Of a DNA stretch of 64,000 nt, positions 1 to 10,315 are shown piece after piece; position 1 is the first letter of the stretch; the number at the start of each line of letters is the position of its first letter. Location of the stretch: positions 480,001-544,000 of the forward strand of contig OZ250186.1 of assembly GCA_965238275.1 (NCBI GenBank), read 5' to 3'. A program made the translations under genes and the position numbers. The DNA comes from Nitrosopumilus sp. Its GTDB lineage: Archaea > Thermoproteota > Nitrososphaeria > Nitrososphaerales > Nitrosopumilaceae. The notes under the pieces were generated by a model that saw only the letters and a list, made by a program, of their open reading frames with translations, did no database searches and was not told the origin of the DNA.

Positions 1-398
1 CCGTAATACGGTTTGCGGACTCCCGCACCCGAGGAACGAACTCCGTACCCATATCCGAAATGGTTGTAGAGAATCACGGGTTTCTTTGTATCGGGAATGC
101 CAATCAAAGAATCCGGGTATAACAGCACGTCACAATCATGAGCCAATTTGCCCACTCTCACACCGCTGCACCATTGCAATACCTGCAGGCGGCCTAGATT
201 AAACGGAAGAACTGATCTGCTCTTTCCAATGACGTTGCCCTGTTTGGCGAACGTGCACGTGATTACCTCGTGTTTTCCATTCAGGGCTTTTCTCATGTCG
301 CTTATGACATGATGCATCCCGCCCCCTGTCGTCACTAGATACAATATCATGCCAATACGTAATCTGTCCACCAACAGGGTATGACCTTGCCATGCCAT
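1..398 (-). CDS. Probable glycosyltransferase (GT4-like) N-terminus, runs off window edge
   Basis: Hand translation, open to the edge: (M/V)DRLRIGMILYLVTTGGGMHHVISDMRKALNGKHEVITCT...; GG motif typical of GT-B N-termini; sits in a sugar-nucleotide locus. Start is 398 (ATG) or 371 (GTG). Confidence 0.55.
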   Translation of the reverse strand, partial: MAWQGHTLLVDRLRIGMILYLVTTGGGMHHVISDMRKALNGKHEVITCTFAKQGNVIGKSRSVLPFNLGRLQVLQWCSGVRVGKLAHDCDVLLYPDSLIGIPDTKKPVILYNHFGYGYGVRSSGAGVRKPYY

Positions 399-429
399 AT
401 TTTAATCACATCTTGTCATACTTTGCCTT

Positions 430-573
430 GTGAAGCACAAGATAACCATGTCCATTGAGGCCGACGTAATAAACTGGATCGATTTCCAGATTGAGACAGG
501 CAGGTTCCGCAACAGGAGTCATGGTTTTGAGCTGCGTACCCTATGTGTCCAATGTGGTTTGATGTTGTTTTAG
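430..573 (+). CDS. Small ribbon-helix-helix (CopG-like) protein, 47 aa, possibly degenerate
   Basis: Hand translation VKHKITMSIEADVINWIDFQIETGRFRNRSHGFE matches the RHH pattern; below the ORF-track cutoff. Confidence 0.5.
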   Translation: MKHKITMSIEADVINWIDFQIETGRFRNRSHGFELRTLCVQCGLMLF

Positions 574-607
574 GTGGTGGTCAATTGTTCACTATAGATA
601 TATTTTT

Positions 608-1939
608 TCACATACGACTTTGTCCTATTGCCATGAAATTGACTCCTTCAAGTTTCACACCAAAAACCCTTCTAGCGTCTATGATGTTGCAGGTTCTCAT
701 CGTTTTTATAAAGTCATTGGAGGTCAAATTTTTATATTCGTCCCATTCTGTTAAGATCACACAACAGTCAGAATCCATAAGAGAATTGTTCAGAGATCTA
801 AAATATGAAATCTTTGTACCAAAAACTTCTTTAAAGTTTTTCAACGCCATGGGATCATGAACTCTAATTTTTAGATTATGTCTCAACATTTCTGTTACTA
901 TCTTAATAGATGCTGCTCCTCTTATGTCATCAGTATTTTTCTTAAACGCAAGTCCAAGGACGGTAACCGTGTTGTCTTTATTCAAAACATTCTGCTCTTT
1001 CATCAATTCTATTATTTTAAAAAATTGTTGGTCGTTTATTTCTTTTACTGCTTTGAAAAAACTGGGGGTTTTTCCAATTTTTTCTGAAAAATTAATTAGG
1101 CCCACCAGATCTTTGGGTAGACAACTCCCTCCAAACCCTGGACCCGCTTTTAAAAACAGCGGACCTATTCTAGAATCCTTTCCGATGGCATATGCCACAG
1201 AGTTCACATCTGACTCGGGTATGTTCTGGCACAGTGTTCCTATGAAGTTAATGAAACTAATTTTTGTAGCAAGAAATGCATTATTTGCATATTTTATTAA
1301 TTCTGCTGTTGAGGGATTTGTGTGAAGAATCTCCGGAAGAGTCTTGTAGAATTTTCTATAGTACTGTTCCAAGATATGTGAACTCGGTAGGTTATCTGAG
1401 CCGATCACAATCAAATGAGGTTTTAGCAAGTCATCCACAACACGTCCTTCCCTTAAAAATTCAGGATTAACAACCACATCCATCTTCTTATCTTTAATCA
1501 GATCCTCAAAGACGGGTAGAATCAGGGTTTTAGTGGTCATGGGGGGCAGCGTACTCTTTATCACTAATAGGTGAAACTCTTTTTTCTTCCTCAGCGAGTC
1601 TCTGATATTATGTATGGCTGTCTTGATATAGGACAGGTCTATCTTGTTGTTTTTTAGTGGTGTCCCGACAGTAAGAAAACTCACATCCGAGTTTTGTATG
1701 GCGTGATCAATATCTGTGGTAAACTGGATCTTTTGCTTTCGCATGGAATGGATCAGCATTGTATCTAGACGTGGTTCAAAAAAATCCATCTTGCCTTTTT
1801 TGAGATTGGTGATTTTCTCACGACTGATATCAACACCAATTGTCTTGAAGCCTTTTTTTGCATTAACAATGGCCAATGAAAGTCCTACAAAGCCCAGCCC
1901 TATGACCGAAATTTTGTTTTTTGTGCGTCCGCCCGTCAT
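608..1939 (-). CDS. ugd: UDP-glucose/GDP-mannose dehydrogenase family protein
   Basis: GLGFVG Rossmann motif, NPEFLREG, KYANNAFLATKISF, GFGGSCLPKD catalytic motif. Confidence 0.93.
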   Translation of the reverse strand: MTGGRTKNKISVIGLGFVGLSLAIVNAKKGFKTIGVDISREKITNLKKGKMDFFEPRLDTMLIHSMRKQKIQFTTDIDHAIQNSDVSFLTVGTPLKNNKIDLSYIKTAIHNIRDSLRKKKEFHLLVIKSTLPPMTTKTLILPVFEDLIKDKKMDVVVNPEFLREGRVVDDLLKPHLIVIGSDNLPSSHILEQYYRKFYKTLPEILHTNPSTAELIKYANNAFLATKISFINFIGTLCQNIPESDVNSVAYAIGKDSRIGPLFLKAGPGFGGSCLPKDLVGLINFSEKIGKTPSFFKAVKEINDQQFFKIIELMKEQNVLNKDNTVTVLGLAFKKNTDDIRGAASIKIVTEMLRHNLKIRVHDPMALKNFKEVFGTKISYFRSLNNSLMDSDCCVILTEWDEYKNLTSNDFIKTMRTCNIIDARRVFGVKLEGVNFMAIGQSRM

Positions 1940-2781
1940 AATTCATTGTTGGCTTTTAAATACTTAAAGGATTCATTAATGCATTGAATGTATTTTTCAG
2001 GAATACCAACATCCAATCTTTTCTCTCCGGGTTTTAATTCCACAGCAAAGCATTTGCCGTCTGCAATTAGGGATTGGATTGCGTCGGTTAGTTGAACTTC
2101 ACCCTTTTTATCCGGTCTCGTTCTCTCCAATTTCTCAAAGATCGATGGTTTGAAGATGTATGCGGCAATGACTGCTAGGTTTGTTTGTGGCTGCTCTGGC
2201 TTTTCTTCCAATGCATCTACACGGATAATCCCTGTTCCGATTCTTTGTCCCTCAACCACCCCGTAGGATGTTGGATCTTTTACTTTGTCCACCAGAAACA
2301 CAAGGTCTGCATCGTATGAAAAGAATGCATCCTCCAGCCTTCGAATATGGTCATTATTTGTAGATAGGATTACATCATCTCCGGCATGAAGCAAAAATGG
2401 CTCCTCTGAAAACAGCTTTGCCTTTAGTACGGCATCTCCGAATCCCTTTGGTGCTGGCTGCTGGACGTATGATATGTGGCTTGTCTGTATTTTTTTGTAA
2501 AAGTCCTGCAGATCATTGTTTCCAGAGTACCTGTCAGACCCATCTATTAGAAAATAGTCCTCAATGGATCTCTTTCCACGCCCTACAACAAAACAAAACT
2601 CCCGATATCCGCAATCATATAGTGATTCGTATATTATTTCAAGAATGGGTTTAAGAATAACGTTGCCATCTTTTGATTGTGCACATACTGGCAGCATTTC
2701 TTTTGGTGTTTCCTTGCTAAACGGCAACATCCTAGTTCCAAGTCCAGCAGCTGTAATAACGACTTTTTTTATTCTTCCCAA
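1936..2781 (-). CDS. Sugar-phosphate nucleotidyltransferase (GalU-like)
   Basis: AAGLGTRMLP..PKEMLP, QPAPKGFGDA, GEVQLTDAI; 4-nt overlap with ugd. Confidence 0.9.
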   Translation of the reverse strand: MGRIKKVVITAAGLGTRMLPFSKETPKEMLPVCAQSKDGNVILKPILEIIYESLYDCGYREFCFVVGRGKRSIEDYFLIDGSDRYSGNNDLQDFYKKIQTSHISYVQQPAPKGFGDAVLKAKLFSEEPFLLHAGDDVILSTNNDHIRRLEDAFFSYDADLVFLVDKVKDPTSYGVVEGQRIGTGIIRVDALEEKPEQPQTNLAVIAAYIFKPSIFEKLERTRPDKKGEVQLTDAIQSLIADGKCFAVELKPGEKRLDVGIPEKYIQCINESFKYLKANNEL

Positions 2782-3251
2782 TTTTTCATATACACTAAAT
2801 TCTATTTATAACTGCTTTTGTTGTCTCAGTGATACTTGTTTTGACTTAATGTGCACTTCAAAAAATCTCTAATTTATCTGCCGGAATACACCAGCAGAAC
2901 ATGTCTCAGGCAGATGTGCTCAAAAACGATTTTGGTGGTAAGAGGTCGCCTTTGCGAAGCGATTCCGTGCCTGATCTGCCCCGATTAATTACCAACTGAG
3001 CTACGTTTTCGGCTGTAAATGCCCATTTAATTGGCATTATTCTGGGTTTTTTCCGGGCGGGGAGGAGGGTCCGGCCGAGCTATGTTTTGGCCGATCCGGT
3101 GATCGGGTTTGCGAAGTGGCCTTTTTTGGCGCGGCCGGGGCGCTGAGTTGTGCCGGGATCGGGTGACAGCCGGTACGGCAGCCTGACATGCGCCAGACTG
3201 CCGGCGCGACGGGTCTGCGTGGGGCAGTCAGGATGGCGGGTTTTGCAGGAT

Positions 3252-5051
3252 TTATGCGACTGTTGCTGCTGCTGCCGGAATTTTTTCGACGAGGCCGTGC
3301 ATATAGTCGACCAAAAAGTCGTGCGGGTTGACTCCGCGCCTCCTGCACGTCTCGCGGACGGTGGCCAGGACGGCGTGGTTGTATGCGCCGGCAAGGCTCT
3401 TGCTGCCGCCTGAGACCTTCCGGGATGCGACGCTGGGCCGCAGGGGACGCTCGGCATCGTTGTTATGGCACTTTGTGTTGAGGCGGATGAATGGGAACAG
3501 GTGGGTGATCTCGCGCCGCAGCCGCTTGACAAACCTCTTGCAGTGGGCGTCTGTGTAGCTGCCCGAGATCAGGCGCCTCACCCGGGCCTGGAGGTTGCGC
3601 ACCTTGAGGTTTCGCGCGGCCTTGTCGTCGTCCGGGTCAAGCCCCTTGTCCGGGTACCATGAATCGATGATTATCCCCTTCAGGGCCTTGGCAAACTTTT
3701 TGAATTCGGGTCCGGGGGATTTCATGGTCAGGGTGCGGAGGATCTCGCGGAGGTAGTGGTAGTGGCACTTTTGGTGGGTCTTGCCGATGCGGTTCCACGG
3801 GGCGTGGGAGTCGGAGGTGACGTGGCCGCCGTACCCTCCAAGCAGCGACACCAGGACGTCGCCTCCCCGGCTCTTGTCCACGTGAAAGACAGTCGAGTCG
3901 TCACCTACCAGCACCCACAGCCAGTACAGTATCCCGGCTATCTTCCAGCTCGTCTCGTCGCCAAAGACATGCTCTGAGAAGAATATCTCCCCGAGCATCT
4001 CCTCGTAGAGGGGGTGGAGGGATCCCGTAACGGCGTCCACGTGGCTGATGACTGTCGACTTGGCAAGGCCTGCGTGGTGGATTATGTTGATCAGACTGCA
4101 GATGATGCCGTAGGGGATGCCGTGCATCCTCATGGTAGTCTCCAGGCACGTCAGGCTGGCACCGAACCGCCCCCCTGGGACGACCCCGGGGATCTCGGGG
4201 GCAAACTGCCTGCCGCATTCCCTGCAGTACCTGCGGACGACTGTATATTGGATGGCAGTCAGTTTCCCGTCGATGATCTCCTCGACTACCCGGAAGGTCA
4301 CCTCGGTGGGCCCCGTCGAGAGGGCGTGGCCGTGCGGGCAGGAGTGCAGGTCGACTAACCTCTTTTCAGATATCGGGGGAGGGTTCCGGCCGGTGCGCAG
4401 GCAGACGACCTTCCTGAACGGGTCCGGCGCAGGCCCGGGCGACTCCCGGAGCCGCCTCTTGGAGCGGCGGCTTTTGATGTCCAGGTTCTCTGCTGCCAGC
4501 GCCGAGTTGGCCGCGCGCGCCTCCCTTAGCTGCGAGGCATGCTCGGCTGCCTGCCGTTCCAGGCGGGCTATCCTGTCCATGACTGCCTGCGAGACGTCGC
4601 ATCCCTGCAGGAGGGCGGCGTTTTCTGCCCTCAGCTTCTCTACCTCTGCACTCAAATTCTCCACATCTGTTCCCAGATTCTCTATCTCGGAGTCCTTTTG
4701 TTCTATCTCGGAGTCCTTTTGTTCTATCTCGGAGTCCTTTTGTTCTATCTCGGAGTCCTTTTGTTCTATCTCGGAGTCCTTTTGCACGTTCTCTTCTTCC
4801 AACAGTTTGATCCTGGTATCCATCTCCGTCAGCATCGCGCGTTCCCCTGAGAAGGCCTCTGCCTCCTCCCTCAACTGCTCGATGTTTTTCCTCAGCGCCA
4901 CGCTCTCCTCGTCCCGGGATTTGAGCATGGCAAGGACGGATTCGAAGATGGACTTTGTGTCGGTTACGGAGTTCCAGTCAATCTTTTCCAAGTCGATTAC
5001 AGGCACCATGCCACAACACTGGAAGGCATGATCCATAAAGCTTTTGGACAC
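3252..5051 (-). CDS. IS66 DDE transposase with long N-terminal coiled coil
   Basis: Zn ribbon (CPHG...CREC), GDETSW, TSDSH, QKCHYHYLRE, NNDAERPLR. Confidence 0.93.
   Translation of the reverse strand: MSKSFMDHAFQCCGMVPVIDLEKIDWNSVTDTKSIFESVLAMLKSRDEESVALRKNIEQLREEAEAFSGERAMLTEMDTRIKLLEEENVQKDSEIEQKDSEIEQKDSEIEQKDSEIEQKDSEIENLGTDVENLSAEVEKLRAENAALLQGCDVSQAVMDRIARLERQAAEHASQLREARAANSALAAENLDIKSRRSKRRLRESPGPAPDPFRKVVCLRTGRNPPPISEKRLVDLHSCPHGHALSTGPTEVTFRVVEEIIDGKLTAIQYTVVRRYCRECGRQFAPEIPGVVPGGRFGASLTCLETTMRMHGIPYGIICSLINIIHHAGLAKSTVISHVDAVTGSLHPLYEEMLGEIFFSEHVFGDETSWKIAGILYWLWVLVGDDSTVFHVDKSRGGDVLVSLLGGYGGHVTSDSHAPWNRIGKTHQKCHYHYLREILRTLTMKSPGPEFKKFAKALKGIIIDSWYPDKGLDPDDDKAARNLKVRNLQARVRRLISGSYTDAHCKRFVKRLRREITHLFPFIRLNTKCHNNDAERPLRPSVASRKVSGGSKSLAGAYNHAVLATVRETCRRRGVNPHDFLVDYMHGLVEKIPAAAATVA
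4681..4784. repeat. 21-bp tandem repeat x5 encoding the heptad EQKDSEI
   Basis: TCTATCTCGGAGTCCTTTTGT repeated five times. Confidence 0.97.
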
Positions 5052-5520
5052 GCAGCGTCTGCCGGGAAATGCGGCGCAAAAGATCCGGCAGGTGAGCCTT
5101 GATTTGAAAACTGTCCTGCCTGCGGACCGTACTGATAACGTGCAATTAAATCGGGTATTTATGGTCGAAAACGTAGCTCAGTTGGTAATTAATCGGGGCA
5201 AATCAGGCACGGAATCGCTTCGCAAAGGCGACCTCTTACTTTTGGTGTCACATGAATTGTGGACACAAAAGACCAAAACGAATCCCGGATGAATCCCGAC
5301 AGAGATATCCCAAAACTGATTGAAAGCGCAACAAACACAACACAATTCATGGAGATAATCACATGTGCCGACAGTGGATGTTATGGTACGCACACTGTCA
5401 GGTGTAGAGTCTAGTATGGCCGACGGGTGTGACATTGTGTTAGATGGATATCAGGGCATGCCCACCTAGCACCACGTGTATGGTAGATTAATTGATATGA
5501 CCTACGAACGGATATTTTAT

Positions 5521-6342
5521 ATGAAATGGAACGCGTTCATGATTGCCCACAACGAGGAAAAATTCATAGAACAAACAATACATAGCATCAAAAACCAAAC
5601 AATCCCGCCGGAGAAGATATACGTTGTTGATGATGGTTCGACTGACTCTACTGGCAGGATACTTGATGCCATGCCGGATTTGATAGTGGGGCATTTCCCG
5701 CCGCACCCGCCAAATCTTGCAAGTGACGATTTCTGGGATAAGCGGAATGCCCTGATGAAGGATGGCTCACGCAACGCAGACTACATGCTTTCAATGGACG
5801 GAGACATCATACTCCCGGATGACTATATTGAGTGCATCACCAAACGCATGAAGGAAGATGATGTCAAGGTATCTAGTGGCCTTGATCCTGATGCGCTACG
5901 ATTGATACCTCCTGAGCCTGGTCTCGTGGTGGATGTGTCATGGTTTTTAAAATCCGCCGCATTGCTGCCTTCGGTCATACTGGCGATACATTCGTTGCTG
6001 GACGGATACCGCACAGGCATATACCACGACATCAGGCTGACTTCCCAACGGAAAACTGGCGCAAACTATAATGCCGAGTTGTACCATTATCGCGGGGTGG
6101 TATGCCACAGGTACGGCTACTCACTCCTACATGCAGTTGAACGATCCGTACACTACAAAACCATGGAATTTCTCAAAGGCTACATCACGTGGGGGAAAGA
6201 AAAGGCACAACCCGCGTCCGTCAGGCGGTGGATCAAGGAATGGGAGCGTGACAGGATTCGGGCCAGATTTGGACTAAAGCCGAGACTGGTGCAAAAAATC
6301 GATGATGCGGTTTACATAATTCCCACCATCGGGTGGGAGTAG
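5521..6342 (+). CDS. Glycosyltransferase family 2
   Basis: AHNEE, VVDDGSTDST, DGD (DxD) motif. Confidence 0.85.
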   Translation: MKWNAFMIAHNEEKFIEQTIHSIKNQTIPPEKIYVVDDGSTDSTGRILDAMPDLIVGHFPPHPPNLASDDFWDKRNALMKDGSRNADYMLSMDGDIILPDDYIECITKRMKEDDVKVSSGLDPDALRLIPPEPGLVVDVSWFLKSAALLPSVILAIHSLLDGYRTGIYHDIRLTSQRKTGANYNAELYHYRGVVCHRYGYSLLHAVERSVHYKTMEFLKGYITWGKEKAQPASVRRWIKEWERDRIRARFGLKPRLVQKIDDAVYIIPTIGWE

Positions 6343-6514
6343 GAGCATGACAGATACGTGGTGTTTCACCGGGATATGTGGTGAAAAACCCAGAGACGTT
6401 ATTTACAATTAGGCCGGTAGCAAATGGATCCGGCACATGCCCGTTGCCGACACGATATCGTATGTGGGATCCTTGCGCCGGGCGGTCTTGCCAGCCTGCA
6501 GGCGCACTGGCAGA

Positions 6515-8017
6515 TTACGTCCTAGTGCCGCTGCGTCTGGAGATCTCTGACAGTACCAGTCGGAACAGCTTCCTGGTCTTGTAGTCTATTGCGTATGTGA
6601 TGCCAAGGTATGCCACACAGCACAATGCCAGCTCCAGCAGCAGGCCCGGCACGTACGAGTAGATACTCGTCTCGAACCTAACTATGTGCTCGTTTGTGAG
6701 CATGAAGATGGCCACAATGCCAGCGCCTCCGGCCAGATGCCTGAGGATTGCAGTAAATGGCACGCGGAACGGCGCGTGCCTCCTGACAAGCAGGCCATAG
6801 CAGACAACAAAGGGAACAGAGACGGCAAGAAATATCGAAGACCAGACTGCAACCAGATCCAGATCGGACATGCCACTGAAGACATGCAGGGACACGGCCA
6901 ACGCGGCAAGGTAGAGCACGCGGTGAACGTTCGATATGGTTCCGACCAGAAAGAGCCTGCTATGCAACAGGGCAGATGCGCGCGGCATCTCGTCTGCGTC
7001 TACCGTGTCGGTACCAGTCAGCACCTTCCGGAAGAAGCCGATCAATACATGCACAAGAGAGTTGAGCGCAAGCAACACGGCGGCAATCCACGCCCCGGCG
7101 TATTCGGGGTTCAGCAGGAACATCGCGTGCCTGGAGAAGAGGACGGCCACGACCAGAAGGGGTATGGCAAAGTACATCACCCATGTAAAATTCTCAGAGA
7201 TGTGGTTCCGGCTTCCCTCTGCCAGCAGCTTCGGGTACAGTGCCTGCGAGATGTGACCCGCACGACCCACGATTCCTGCCACTGCCGCAGCTGCCGCATA
7301 GTACGCGACTCCCACGACGGAGCCCACCATTATGACGTATATGATGACGTCCAGGTTTGACAGTACTTGAGGCATGCGGCCATACAGCGGAATCCAGGAC
7401 TGCCTGATCCATCCCCTCAGGTATGAAAAGTCAAGGAGGACTGCAAGTTTCGGTCTGGCGTAGCGCATCTGGATGGCTATATCCACCAGATATGCTGCAA
7501 AGACTGCAAGGATGGCCCCGTCCAGGCCCAGTCCGAGGAAAAAGACCAGCCCCAGCCCTGCAGGTATCTTTACGGATTGGAAGACTGCCATCCCGATGCT
7601 GACTGCGTGTGGCTTGTGGCCCAGGTTGAGGGCCGATAGCGTGCCACGCACGAATGTTACCGGGATTAGGATTGCTCCCAGTATCATGGAGTCAAGGAAT
7701 GCCGTCTCGACGTTGGCAAAGAGGAGCACGGAAACGACGTATATGGGGATGGAGCCGCCTGCAAAGAGTGAGGTGGATGCCATGGATGTCTTTCCTACCG
7801 GCTTTCCCCTTGCGACTTGCCTCGTGGCCCAGTAGGATGTTATCGGCTCGGCAGTGGAGGAATATGCCACCATACTGCCTATGACTGCCCAGACCCCAAA
7901 TTCCTCAGGCGTCAGCTGACGGGTTACTATGATGATGAATGCCAGACCGGCCAGAATGCCGCCCATCGCAACGGCGAACCCGAGCAGGCCAGAGTATGTG
8001 ACCCGTATGCTGTCCAA
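6515..8017 (-). CDS. Polysaccharide flippase (Wzx/MOP-like) membrane protein
   Basis: About 12-14 hydrophobic segments, TRQLTPEEFG motif, glycosylation-locus context. Confidence 0.8.
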   Translation of the reverse strand: MDSIRVTYSGLLGFAVAMGGILAGLAFIIIVTRQLTPEEFGVWAVIGSMVAYSSTAEPITSYWATRQVARGKPVGKTSMASTSLFAGGSIPIYVVSVLLFANVETAFLDSMILGAILIPVTFVRGTLSALNLGHKPHAVSIGMAVFQSVKIPAGLGLVFFLGLGLDGAILAVFAAYLVDIAIQMRYARPKLAVLLDFSYLRGWIRQSWIPLYGRMPQVLSNLDVIIYVIMVGSVVGVAYYAAAAAVAGIVGRAGHISQALYPKLLAEGSRNHISENFTWVMYFAIPLLVVAVLFSRHAMFLLNPEYAGAWIAAVLLALNSLVHVLIGFFRKVLTGTDTVDADEMPRASALLHSRLFLVGTISNVHRVLYLAALAVSLHVFSGMSDLDLVAVWSSIFLAVSVPFVVCYGLLVRRHAPFRVPFTAILRHLAGGAGIVAIFMLTNEHIVRFETSIYSYVPGLLLELALCCVAYLGITYAIDYKTRKLFRLVLSEISRRSGTRT

Positions 8018-8656
8018 TTTATTCTAGTGATACAACACCATTAATAACGTGATCACATGACATCCGGGTATGCGCACGGTGCTATAATTCCGCAGCACGC
8101 ATGCTGTATAATCCCCCACAGCCGTTACATGAATCTAAGATGTTCTGGCATCAACCATCATGACACGCGACTTCTTTTCATTATCTGGCGGTTTGAATAT
8201 GTCTCAGTTAGAATTCGTAACGAGTTTCTCTGACAGTGAGTGAAAACATTTCCATCTTGTTGCAGGTGCGCGCAACCGGTATGAGCACCGAAAAGACATG
8301 CATTCCTTCAGACACGGACAGTTTTTGGCGTACATTCCTGTGCAGTACGACCGTGTCGCACATGCCCAGATCTGCAGGGTTGTTGTGGGGTAGCATGCCA
8401 GAACATCGTAAAAACGTAAACAGGTTGGGAGCAGCACTCTTGATTGCAGTTCCGACAGCACTCAACTGATAGGTCTCAGAAACCGTAATCGCCTAGAGGC
8501 CAGCATTTCACACATGCGGGAGGCGCATTTGCAGGACGATGTTCCTGTCATGGCGCCTACGTTTCTTCTGACAGTCTCCTGCCGCCTGTCCGGAATCCAA
8601 CAGGTTCATGCCTCTGAATCCAATGATCATCCCACGCGGAATATGGTGGATGCGTC

Positions 8657-10015
8657 CTAGCTTCCAAGCGACTTCAGCAGGGAGCTGGAATTAGGCGCAA
8701 ATGCAAGATTGCTCTGGCAGTCATAAATCACGGGAATTACGGAATCTACATACATCTCATTCAGACGAGATTTTGTGCTGGAGTGGTGCTGCACTATGCA
8801 CATGCAGCTAAATCCTTCAACCAGATCACAGTCCAGGGAGGACAGCACGCCAAAGGACGAATCGGTGATATGGTTTTCGTCAAGGTACTTTTCCAACAAT
8901 TCGGATTTAAAGTATGGATCATAAACTGCACATTCGAATCCCATCTCCATGAATTTGTGTAGGATTTTAAATCCGGGTGAATCCCTCATGTCTTCCATGT
9001 CCTGCTTGTATGACATGCCGCAGACCAGCACGCTTTTTTGCAGGTTCCGTTCTCCAAGAATCTGGCTTATGCTGTCGCAGATGTAGTCTGGCATAAGGGA
9101 GTTGATTCGCAGGGCATTGCTGACGGTATTAAATTCAAGGCCAAATTTCTTTGACGATTCCAGAAGAAACATCGGATCCTTGGGAATGCAGTGGCCTCCG
9201 GCTCCTGCACCGGGATAAAACGGGATGAATCCAAACGGTTTTGTTGCAGCAGCGTCGATAACCTCAGACACGCTGATTCCCAGATGATCGCACAGTATTG
9301 CCAGCTCGTTTACAAGCGATATGTTTACCAGACGGAACGTATTCTCAAAGGATTTTACGGTCTCGGCCACCTTTGGTTCAGAGACGCGTACAAGATCCGA
9401 GTTGTTTATGGAGTGATAAACCCTTTTGGCTATCTCAAACGTCAAGTCATCCGAGCAGTATATTATCCTTGGAATGTTCTCCAGATTCCACATCCTGTTC
9501 TTCGGGTCTATGCGTTCTGGGCAGAAGGACAGTCCAAAGTCGACGCCCACCTCAAAACCCTTGTCTTCGATTATTTTTTTAACATTGTCAATTGTTCCCA
9601 GCTCCACACTGCTTTCAATAACTATCACGTCCCCCTTTTTTGCAGTTCCGAGAAAATCATTGACTGCGGAATTTACAAAGACGTCTGACGGTGTGTCTTT
9701 GTTCGGTATGGGCGTCGGCACACATATCATTCCAATCTTGGATTTATCACGGCTTGAGGACTTGGTGTCCAGCTGCAGGGTATTGTTTCTTCTGCTTTCA
9801 AGAAAATCCTTCTCTAAAAGCAGCTCGGACTCGTGCAGTTCGTTGTTCTCTAGGCTGCTGATGCGACTCCTGTTCACATCAATTCCTCGTACAAGATATC
9901 CTCTGGAGGACAGCTGGACTGCAAGCGGAAATCCGACATACCCCAGACCAAAGACCTCAATTGAGGCCTGGCTGGAAACAGCCTGTTCCAGAGTAATTTC
10001 TAACATATATCCCAT
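8657..10015 (-). CDS. Nucleotide-sugar dehydrogenase (WecC/WbpA-like)
   Basis: GLGYVG, CPERIDP, ENTFRLVNI, GAGGHCIPKDP. Confidence 0.9.
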   Translation of the reverse strand: MGYMLEITLEQAVSSQASIEVFGLGYVGFPLAVQLSSRGYLVRGIDVNRSRISSLENNELHESELLLEKDFLESRRNNTLQLDTKSSSRDKSKIGMICVPTPIPNKDTPSDVFVNSAVNDFLGTAKKGDVIVIESSVELGTIDNVKKIIEDKGFEVGVDFGLSFCPERIDPKNRMWNLENIPRIIYCSDDLTFEIAKRVYHSINNSDLVRVSEPKVAETVKSFENTFRLVNISLVNELAILCDHLGISVSEVIDAAATKPFGFIPFYPGAGAGGHCIPKDPMFLLESSKKFGLEFNTVSNALRINSLMPDYICDSISQILGERNLQKSVLVCGMSYKQDMEDMRDSPGFKILHKFMEMGFECAVYDPYFKSELLEKYLDENHITDSSFGVLSSLDCDLVEGFSCMCIVQHHSSTKSRLNEMYVDSVIPVIYDCQSNLAFAPNSSSLLKSLGS

Positions 10016-10315
10016 ATTTTATAGTAAAACCGGTCATGACCTATATTATGTCTACGAAAGAACGCCCGCAGGATCAGACACGTTAGGTCAAAAGCTTTGC
10101 CGTCCGCCGGGCATGCTTGCATGGACGCAGTCTATCATAGACATAACCATGTGCGGCTATGCCTAAAAGATCATCCCGCTTGTACCTAATCCGACTCAAT
10201 TTTATTCAAGCATATTCATCTGTGCTTGGGCCACTATCCATTTTAGCTACCAGCTACATTTGATTCGGAACGAATTTTGTCTTGTCACTATATCTGTAGG
10301 CTGCACGCGATACAG

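Larger units (their letters stand above)
2938..5239 (-). mobile_element. IS66-family element (single ORF, ISBst12-like)
   Basis: GTAA...TTAC ends, ~74-bp terminal inverted repeats (TIRs) with 1 mismatch, 8-bp target-site duplication (TSD) TTTTGGTG at 2930-2937 and 5240-5247. Confidence 0.95.

Noticed and set aside
4681-4784. Possible CRISPR array
   Set aside because: Head-to-tail repeats with no spacers, inside a coding frame
4117-5031. Long antisense ORFs (also 18865-19812, 24892-25830, 40395-41384)
   Set aside because: Shadows of GC-rich genes on the opposite strand; no motifs
8204-8469. Three overlapping 77-85-aa ORFs
   Set aside because: No recognisable motif and no way to choose a frame
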